A DNA stretch of 33,174 bases, taken from NCBI GenBank assembly GCA_000320545.1, contig ADNK01002213.1, forward strand, positions 1-33,174, written 5' to 3'. The stretch is from Bigelowiella natans CCMP2755 (Eukaryota; Protista; Cercozoa). The notes under the pieces are model-generated. The model was given only the letters and a program-made list of their open reading frames with translations. It had not been told where the DNA came from and ran no database searches. The translations under genes were made by a program, and so were the position numbers. Below are positions 24,402 to 33,174 of the stretch, in pieces (position 1 is the first letter of the stretch; each line of letters opens with the position of its first letter).

Positions 24402-25200
24402 ACGCTGGCACCTTCCAGCGTTCACCAGTCGCAATGTCGACACGATGCACCAATTTGGCAATCTGGCAATGGATTTGTGGCCTCGCATCGGCACCGGAAG
24501 AGACTAGGAGAGCTTGCATGATTTCGGGAGAACTTCCGAGACCAATTCATGCAGCAACCCTGCCTCTGCCTTTCCCCCCTCTAGCCCAAGCTTCCAGAAC
24601 CCAGCTTCAGGTCTTCAACGAGCTCCTTCAATTTGCATCAAGGAACTTTTTCAGGTGCAAATCTGGAAATGCTGTCTCAAATTGACCCTCCTCTGGCAAC
24701 CATCCTTGCCAAAAGTGAAACTCATTCCTTCGAAACCTGGTCGTTGCGACCACGCCCACGACCGTCTGACGTTCCCCTCCTCCCCCCCCTTGCAGTGCAG
24801 TTCCCCGCTCCTTGACCCCCTTGTGAAAACGTGGCAAATTTGATTGCTTTTTGGTCGAACCGCCCTCCTACGCGTTTTGACTGAAACAAGGTTTTTGATA
24901 CTCATTTCATGCAAACGTGAACAATGAAGGTCTCACGATTTTTTCAAAATGTGACGCAAATTTCACGTTTTGACGGGGGAAGATGAAGCGACATGGATCC
25001 CAATTCTTCTTGCGAGATGCCTGGAATGTCATCATCGGAGGTTCTTCTTGTCTCGGTGATTGAAGATTCCCTAGGATTCCGAAGAAAACTCTCCGGTCTT
25101 TTTTCTCTCGATTTGACCAGATACGCATCGTGGCTGACGGAGGCTTTTACGGTGAAAAGTTGGCTACGACTCCGCCAGAAATGTCACATTATGTCACCAA
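23900..25200 (-). pseudogene. Decayed intron-containing gene relic with extreme TpA depletion
   Basis: Exon-like blocks follow AG acceptors: FRRNEFHFWQGWLPEEGQFETAFPDLHLKKFLDAN* (~24630-24736) continuing as KELVEDLK in another frame, and LLVSSGADARPQIHCQIAKLVHRVDIATGERWK (~24412-24512). A (CA)n-containing intron-like segment follows, with a donor reading GTGCC. No intact ORF, and the parent gene was not recognised. Confidence 0.55.
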
Positions 25201-25645
25201 ATTGTGCATGAACGACATCCTAAATCCGACTACGTAATGATGTAAAACCAACATTGAGCTACAAATGTCAAGATAAAAGCTGAACATAGGATAAATATGA
25301 ATTACGTCATTTGAATTTATTTTCATTTAAAAAAAAATGTGTCTCTTCGTGAAGATTCTGTTAATCTGTTTTTTCCGTGAATTAGCGCATCATCCATGTC
25401 GTAAGCGGAAAATGAGTAGTGCTCTTAGATTCTTCGCAAATAGTTTTCGACGTATCCGCGGCAAACACGGCGAGAAGAGGTTTTGCTGGAAACCTCATGC
25501 GTTTCTTATAATTTGCGATATTTTCCTTGTCGTCTATTATAAATGAATTGCATTTTGACGTAATATTTCGACATAATTCTGCCACACCTCCACAGCGTTA
25601 AAGCTTACCCCTCCCAGACAAACCCCACTTGCCACAACCTTCATC

Positions 25646-26956
25646 ATGTTTCCTTCGAAAGGTGTGGTAAATATTTCACTGTTGCCAGGCGTTTTTACTA
25701 TTGATCGAAGAGATAGTACCTAGGTTTTTATTTCTACCACCAAATTTGAATGAATTGTATTGAATTTAGTTTCCGCCCGCATGCAACGTCTGGCTCGACT
25801 TTTCTCAACGAAGCCATCCGTTAAGGTTTGCGCATAAATCGCGTCCCCATCCATTTATAAAATCACTAATGTGGATACCTTTCATAAACACCACTATCCT
25901 TACTTATCCTTTCGTAAATTTCCAGCCGAGTTGCCCTGAGTTCTCCTCCGGGCCTTGTAAGAAGCGACCAGGATGGACCCCCGCTGTTTTCGAAACTGGT
26001 TGTTACATTGATTTTCTACCATCCTACCCCAGCACTATCATACGAATACAATAGCATGTAACGGTAAGGATACAGTTGCCCTAACGTACACCATATCCCC
26101 CACAATTATCCCCCCCCCCCCCCTCCCCCCCCTCCCCCCCCGGTTGTTACAAACACTCCACCTCAGCTGCTCTTGGTCGTTCCCACCGATCGAAAATCGG
26201 CAAGAAGAAGTTGCAGGATGCTATTGAGCAGACGAGAGAGGTTCTAGGCGTGCCTTCGGATTATAAGATCGGCATCATGCCTGCATCTGATACAGGAGCT
26301 ATCGAGGTTGTTTTCAATTGCACTTTGTAGCGCAAATAATAATAGATAAATACCTTATGATTTGCTGCTGGAGAGATAACGACAATGGATCCCTGTAAAA
26401 ACCATGGATTTTTGTGTTATATCCCTGACAACAACACGCTTCTGGCGTTGTGTTCTCCTGCTACTGGCAATGTGACAAACAAGGCTGCTATGTGGTCTAT
26501 GCTCGGAGCCAAACCTGTGGATGTACTGCATTGGGAATCGTTTGGCAAAGGATGGTTCACCGATGTAGCTAAACAACTTAAGCTGCAAGACGTTAACGAG
26601 ATCACGGTACTGATTAGACAGGGTAGGAGGAAGGAGATGAGGGAAAGGGGGGAGGGGGGTTAGAAACCGGGACTCGCAAGCACAACATTGTATGCAATTT
26701 CGGGAGGCGAAGGGGGAGGGGGAGATCTGGTATCATTGGTGTGTGCAAATCTACTACCGTCAGGCTGATTATGGAGAGATTCCTGACTTGAAAGCAACCA
26801 ATCCTGATCATGATATCGTGTTCACATTCAACGGTATTATGGCGAGAGAGAAGAGCAAGAACAAGAACAAGAAGAGAATGGCTAATATTGCATAAATTTA
26901 TACGAAAAAATTAGCTTCAGGAAGTCGTTTTTACGTTTGAAACTTGTAGGTAGATT

Positions 26957-26994
<38 letters not shown>

Positions 26995-27215
26995 TCTCTT
27001 TAATATATAAATTTCTGTAAATAATTATATAATATTGCACACTTGAAAGGAACTACCTCTGGCGTGCGTGTGCCCGACCTCGACTGGATTTCTGACGATA
27101 GAACCGGAATTACCTTCAATGATGCTACTTCAGCGGTACTGCTATAGTATATTTAATGGTCTACATCTTCCTCGTCGAGAATGAGTGGAGGGATTGAGAA
27201 GGCGTTTGTAGCTGT

Positions 27216-27252
<37 letters not shown>

Positions 27253-27532
27253 CGTGTGAGCGTGTTATTTAGCCATCGGAACACTTCATGATTCTTTGGC
27301 CTTCGATCAGGTTTTTGCCATGGATGTTGATTGGTCAAAAGCAGACGTAACGACTTACTCGTGGCAAAAGGTGTGCCTGTGTGTCCCCCCCCCCCCCCCA
27401 CCCTCACCATCTCCTGGAGAAAGGGAAATGGCTCCGCACAATAGTGGAATAAAAAGCACATTTTCGAGTTTTCAAATTTCATTTTGGAGTTGCTCTGTTC
27501 TGTTTTCCTTTGCGTGTGCAGATACTGGGAGG

Positions 27533-27573
<41 letters not shown>

Positions 27574-27653
27574 GTTTATATGATGTATTCCATACAAGGT
27601 GCTCGGTGGAGAAGGAGCTCACGGCGTGCTAATTCTGAGTCCAAGGGTATGCT

Positions 27654-27686
<33 letters not shown>

Positions 27687-28400
27687 TAGAAGTAGTATCA
27701 GAACGCTAATATATATCATGTAAAGCCATAAAGACGTAGCTTTATCAACATAGTTTTTGCGTTTTTTGTGTGTGCTCAAATATCGGTTGTCAGGCTGTGG
27801 AGCGATTAGAAACGTACACCCCAGAGAACCGCCCTCTGCCTAAGATCTTTCGTCTTACCAAAGGAGGAAAGCTCATTGATGGTAGTTGACAGCAAACAAT
27901 TGTGAATTGACCGATAAAGCTGAGCGTTCTGTAATAAAACACGCACATATATTCAAATAAAACATGTTGCGAAAGCTTGAAGATCTTCAATGTATGATAC
28001 ATCGTGCTTCTCTTAGTATTATTCTTATTATTCTTATTACTATTATTCAGGAATTTTCAAAGGCGCTACCATCAACACCCCCTCCATGGCCTGTGTCGAG
28101 GACTACATCGACGCTCTTAACTGGTGCGGAGAGGTTGGAGGCTTGAAAGGCCTCATTGCACGCTCTCAGTCCAACCTCCAGGTTTTCTAATTTTAAACAG
28201 GAAATGAATAGAGAAGGAGGGGGGGGATTGGCAAGGAGTTTATGTAACTATCTATTTTGAAGCCCCACGTTATTCGTTTGCTCTTGCTTCGATCGTATAA
28301 AATTCACACTACTACTACTACTACTGCTACTACTGTTTACTTATACCAGGTGCTGGACGACTTCGTCACAAAGAATGAATGGGCAGGATTCCTGGCCAAG

Positions 28401-28438
<38 letters not shown>

Positions 28439-28972
28439 TGCGTGCGTTTCGTTGGAGGATAGAATAAGAGGCTAACACATCGAGCTCAATAGAGAATATA
28501 CCATATGTATTCTGTGTGTATTCCTATTCATATTCGGTTAAAAAACCTACTGTTTATTAGGATCCTGCGACTAGATCGAGCACCTCTGTTTGCCTCACCC
28601 TTGACACCACACCCGAAAAGATCAAAAAGATTGTTTCTCTTCTCGAGGAAGAGGGGGCAGCTTACGACATTGGAGGGTATTACTACAACTAAATGCAATT
28701 CTCCTACTCCTTGCAAATCAGATAGATGCCTGAGTTTCACGCAGCCAAATCGAGACGTGCAGCTAAATAACGTTTCACTTCCAATGGGCATACAGAAAAC
28801 CAGGACATTCAACGCATTTTTGCATAGATAGCGACTAAAGTTCTACTCATGAATATGTAGGTACAGGGATGCGCCCCCCTCCCTCCGTATCTGGTGCGGA
28901 GCAACTGTCGACAAAGAGGACGTTGAGGCGCTGTGCCCTTGGATTGAGTGGGCCTATAACGAAGTCAACTAA
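25646..28972 (+). CDS. serC: Phosphoserine aminotransferase (alphaproteobacterial/Methanosarcina type), 14 exons, probable mitochondrial presequence
   Basis: Exons: 25646-25661, 25770-25825, 25926-25998, 26167-26306, 26484-26606, 26764-26833, 27050-27135, 27311-27370, 27599-27646, 27794-27881, 28051-28181, 28350-28400, 28561-28676, 28861-28972. The spliced protein has [66 protein letters not shown] (PLP lysine), TINTPS, RSSTSVC and [16 protein letters not shown]. Exon 1 is less certain; an alternative start is ATG 25781. Confidence 0.95.
26110..26141. repeat. Poly-C tract in a serC intron
   Basis: C-runs interrupted by single T. Confidence 0.9.
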
Positions 28973-29399
28973 TTGCACCGAATAAGAAGGTTTCGAGGCA
29001 TTGCTCCAACAACCGTTGACGATCGCGATTCCATCGCGTTCATATTCGCAAGCGAGAGAGCATGACTCTCCTCTCGTCCTCGCTCGGGTGGCGGGTCTTT
29101 GTCTTAATTTGTTATATACATGTTTGTATAGCTTGAACAACCAATGCGCATACCCTTTTCCATATCTCTAGCATTTATATACCATATACATTATAATTCT
29201 CGATTTGTGCGAATATGACAGCGAAGCAAAGTTTATCGTATTTTGTTTGGACTTGCAAGGTTGTATTGCATTGCATTTTTTACACAATATAAAGAAATAA
29301 TAAATATGAACGCATTATTGCACTCTTTGATCATGGCGCGAACCTTTTCAATAAGCGATATTAGATTCTATGCATGCATTGGATATTCACCATCGCATA

Positions 29400-29950
29400 A
29401 GATGGTGCGCGTGTATCATTGTGCCTGCAAAGACATAGCCGGGGCTGCACATTTATCTGCTAGATGCAGCGCATGGCATCATTTCTTAGTGTTCCGTGGA
29501 TCATAATGTACAAAAACAGTAGCTATGTAAATGCTAATGCACTGCAGATATATATCTAGACATCGACCAAATAGTAAGCTATCCGCTCTAGCGCTGTCTA
29601 GCTGTCATTTTGCATCGGATGTGTAGATGTGCAAAACTATGTTCTAGCAAGCAGCTACATCGTCTAGATCATGGTAGTGACACACCACATCTAAACATAC
29701 ACTGACACGACTAGACGACTTAATTTAATCCAAATCTCATGCCATAAGTAGGCATCTATAACATGTTTGCAGTTAACAGCATGTATGAACGTAGGCGTGA
29801 ACATTCCGCAGATCGTACAAGCATTGCGCAGAAATACAAGGAAAGCAAATCGCCTAATAATGCTGGTTGTTGCAAGTAATGATTTCGTCGCTAAAACATC
29901 GAAGTACAAGATAAACTGTGCACAACGTACTGACTTCCATTGCTAGCAAT
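29400..29950. other. Intergenic CTAG/TGCA-rich degenerate tract
   Basis: Seven CTAG occur between 29460 and 29714. In 29581-29715, 10 of 11 TpA are in a CTA or TAG context. Confidence 0.4.
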
Positions 29951-30043
29951 GTGAGTGAATATGAACCGTAATCAGCGTGTCAACATCTAAACGTACAGTC
30001 AGGAGATGTAAGAATGTGCATTTTTCATCAACCCGCCATTGCA

Positions 30044-30199
30044 CTAAACAGCTCTTCTAAGTGCCGTCATATCGAGGGACCCATCAGCTTTGGTTTTCAT
30101 TTTATTCAGAGAGAAAAACTTGTGGGAGACACCTAATACGACGCCAAAAAATCAGAGAATTAAAAGCATGTTTCTCGACCTATTCGCATGAAAATACAA

Positions 30200-30237
<38 letters not shown>

Positions 30238-30919
30238 CCCCCCAGTCTGTGAATAAGATCTTTTATCGCTCATATTTCTACATTACTATATATCGTTACC
30301 GCGTGCTACAATTGGCTTTGCTAGCAGCCGGGCCAAACTAAAAAAGCAAACACGTTTTGTCAAAAGAATAATAAACAAACTCTATTCTTCGATATTGATA
30401 ATGATACCCCCCATCCGCCTTTGCAGTTTCATGCCATTATTCAATACCTTTGTCTCAACTGAGCTGCTTTTGCTGCTTCTCTTTGTTCTTCTCTTCCACC
30501 TTCAAGATCGTATACACTATCATCAACACCCCAAGCTCTACACGGAGTACCACACTTCAGTATGCGCGCGCGCCTTGTCACCAGTTTCGTCCTCGAGAAG
30601 CTCTTCATCGAGATCAATGTCCATCAGGGCTGCGTTTTTGCGAAACCTGACGATGCAACGATGATGCGACTAATAGCGGGTAGGAGAGACGTCTCTTGTT
30701 TTGGAGAAAAACTGGAAATAAACTGAACTACTATCACTTCTTCAACGGCTTGATTTGTGAACAGAGACACCACACACACACACACACACAAATACACAAA
30801 TACACAGGCCGCACATAGAGTATTCACCAGTCGTTCTTCGATTTCTTCCTCTTCGTCTTCGACTCAACCTTATCAATCTGAATCTACGATCGATTCACCC
30901 GAAGCACAGCGTACGTAAC

Positions 30920-30959
<40 letters not shown>

Positions 30960-31468
30960 AAATAAACATATGCGACATTAAAAAACAACGCCCACTATCG
31001 ACGAAACATTGTATACACTGAAAACACTGTCAATCATCGTGCAAACCGGGAAAACGCGAATCCGCTCAGGCAAACGTCGTCTTGCGATAATATACTATAC
31101 TACTACCGCTAAGGAAATCCTGTCACGAATGGCTCGGAGAAACTTCGGATCGACTGGATATCGGGGTATATCTCCAATGCGCCCCATCACCTTAAAAGGG
31201 CAAATAGCAGTACAGTGCGGAGTCATATCGGTTGCAAAAGGCTGCATTCTCCAAATCGCTACTACTAGTACCACTATTCTGTTTGAAACATTGCCTTAGT
31301 AATGAAACACCTTGCAGATCTTGGTGTATGATATCTGGTCATTGGGGCCAACCAAAGACAGTGACATTCCTGGACCAAGAAGCAAACACTCAAAATGGGT
31401 GGGAAAAAAACAGCATGCCTACCTCACACTCGCTCAATCTCTCTCTGTCCCACTCACCCACACACATT

Positions 31469-31514
<46 letters not shown>

Positions 31515-33077
31515 CTGTGTGTGTGCGTGTGTTTGGGCGCAAACGTAAATGCAAAGATTTCTATAACTACACCATAATTCAGTGATAGTGTTGTTGTTGT
31601 AGTAGTAGTAGTAGTAGTAGTAGTAGTCGTGTAGTAGTAGCATATATTGCACGCCTCGGTCGTTGTTTACCTTTTGCCCCTGCGCGACCTGTCCTTCCAC
31701 ACCTGATGCAGCGTTTGAGAAGTGGGAAGGAGGACCCCAGTCATCATAACATGCCAATTCACAGCAGCAACAACAGCAATACGCAGGATCAGCGCCTTGT
31801 GCTTCTTCTGAATCGCACGGTTAACTCTGTGCCCGCTCTCCTCCCCTCCCCACAATCACAACCCCTTCCAAACAACAACATATCAACGAAGGCATGGGAA
31901 TCTATCTTGGATCAAGACCCAAGGAGGTGAGAAGTGCTTGTCGCGCTCTGCATTCTTCCTTACCTGTGGATGTAGACCTCAGCCGATCGAGGAAGCTGGT
32001 AGTTGACGATGTAGTTGATGTCAGCAACGTCTAGCCTGGAAAAGGCACCAAGAAGAAGAAGAAGAAGAAGAAGAAGAAGAAGAAGAAGAACGGAATGATG
32101 ACCATGCGTTTTGCTGCTGCTGCAGTGCCATGGACGTTGCATGTAGAGATATATACCGCATGGTAGTAGAGGAGGGAGACGTCATTCACATTACGTGTTC
32201 TTCCGACGGGTGAGTACAGCATGAAAGCATTGAATCAAAGTGCGACAACCAAACACCAACAGCAGCAGGGATTGGCTCTTTCAGGAATGCCATGAATTTG
32301 TAAACAGTGTATAAATATTGATAATATTGATGCACCCTCGAGCAGCCACGTCAGATGCTATCAACACTCCTGAGGGATCCTTGCGAAACCTGATATTAAC
32401 GACGTGCACATAGCAGCGTTGTGCGTGGAGAATGAGCCGCGGCAGGTAAACTATGGAAACGATATGTACGAGGAGACCGCGTGCAAAAAATATTTTAAAT
32501 GCGATTTTTCCTCCCATTTTATATATTTGGGGATTCTTCAAGCAAGCGGTCGGGCATTAAGCATTTGGGATACATCTCTTTCTCTCTCTCTCACCGATCC
32601 AGGTACTTGAGACGCTGACGTTGCTGCATCTTCGCGTGTAATGGGTAGACCTGTAGAATGGAAGAAGAAGAAGAAGAAACAGAACCATTCAATAGCACGG
32701 AAAATCAGATAGAACAATCACAACGACTGTTTGCTCAATACAAGCAGCCCTCGCCATACAAATAATATGAATGGCTCGCATTCCAATAGTAGCAGCAGCA
32801 CTCCGACAAACATACTGATCATCGTTCAGCACAACGACGACTAGTCCTGTGCTGAGATGGAGTAGGGAGCCATCGATATAATACCCCCACCAACCAGAAC
32901 CAGGGTATACTTTACGAAGCCAATACGTCATTCGTCTCACACGTTGTCAAATAATACGTTAATAACAAGCTATCAAAGAAAAACATGGAAAACAGCATGC
33001 GCCATCACCTTCAGCTCTAATATAGCCAAAATCGCGACGATTCTCCTCAAACATGCAATAGAATTGACGAAGACGAC
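30044..33077 (-). CDS. DDX24: DEAD-box RNA helicase DDX24/Mak5, 3' part (5' end off the right edge)
   Basis: Spliced exons give VVFVNSIACLRRIVAILAILELK (33009-33077) | VYPLHAKMQQRQRLKYLDR | FRKDPSGVLIASDVAARG | LDVADINYIVNYQLPRSAEVYIHR | CGRTGRAGAK | GMSLSLVGPNDQISYTKICK | ...IRDRISLA | IQIDKVESK...NDW | FRKNAALMDIDLDEE | ...LARLLAKPIVAR | GVSHKFF...LRRAV*. These contain helicase motifs IV-VI plus the Mak5-typical LHAxMQQRQRLK and C-terminal tail. Confidence 0.92.
31590..31640. repeat. (GTT)n(GTA)n tract, intronic; also (TA)n 31473-31510 and (AAG)n 32049-32089
   Basis: Directly visible. Confidence 0.9.
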
Positions 33078-33174
33078 CTGTTTAATGATAACGATGAGAG
33101 TACCGCTTCCAAAACCGGAGAGCTCACACAGACATAATGCCATTGTATGTATGAAATTTATAGTATAAATGCAT

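Noticed and set aside
23931-24843. Stack of overlapping ORFs on both strands (196, 135, 109, 104 aa) rich in Cys/His
   Set aside because: Loss of TpA removes TAA and most TAG stops in all six frames and inflates TGY/CAY codons. These are by-products, not metal-binding proteins.
23987-24868. CpG methylation decay or fungal-type RIP as the cause of the TG/CA excess
   Set aside because: CpG is abundant in the tract, and RIP would increase TpA rather than remove it.
1-33174. CRISPR arrays, rRNA, tRNA, prokaryotic operons
   Set aside because: No repeat-spacer periodicity or recognisable structural RNA; the sequence is spliceosomal-intron-rich eukaryotic DNA.

Overview
Eukaryotic nuclear DNA from an intron-dense, microsatellite-rich protist genome with GT-AG introns. 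A SAR lineage such as a chlorarachniophyte is my inference, not something the sequence proves. Most short ORFs in the track are exon fragments or artefacts. Manual splicing gives, left to right: (1) an unidentified multi-exon gene (-), running off the left edge; (2) a ~10.7 kb CCDC17-like gene (-); (3) an intronless GT15/Kre2-like mannosyltransferase (+); (4) an intronless Cys-less pentameric ligand-gated ion channel with N-terminal SAM-like and SANTA-like modules and no signal peptide (-); (5) a multi-exon type II membrane glycosyltransferase-like gene (+); (6) a decayed gene relic (-); (7) a 14-exon phosphoserine aminotransferase of the alphaproteobacterial/Methanosarcina type with a probable mitochondrial presequence (+); (8) the 3' part of a DDX24/Mak5 DEAD-box helicase (-). 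The strongest unexplained signal is a localized loss of the TpA dinucleotide. By hand count, 23987-24868 (882 nt) holds only three TpA, all inside CTAG, while CpG is retained and TG/CA is abundant. Two weaker patches (~16.3-17.4 kb, ~29.4-29.9 kb) show the same sparing of TAG contexts. This looks like a RIP-like, but A-to-G (TA to TG/CA), region-targeted hypermutation process. Exon boundaries and counts were done by eye and may contain small errors.
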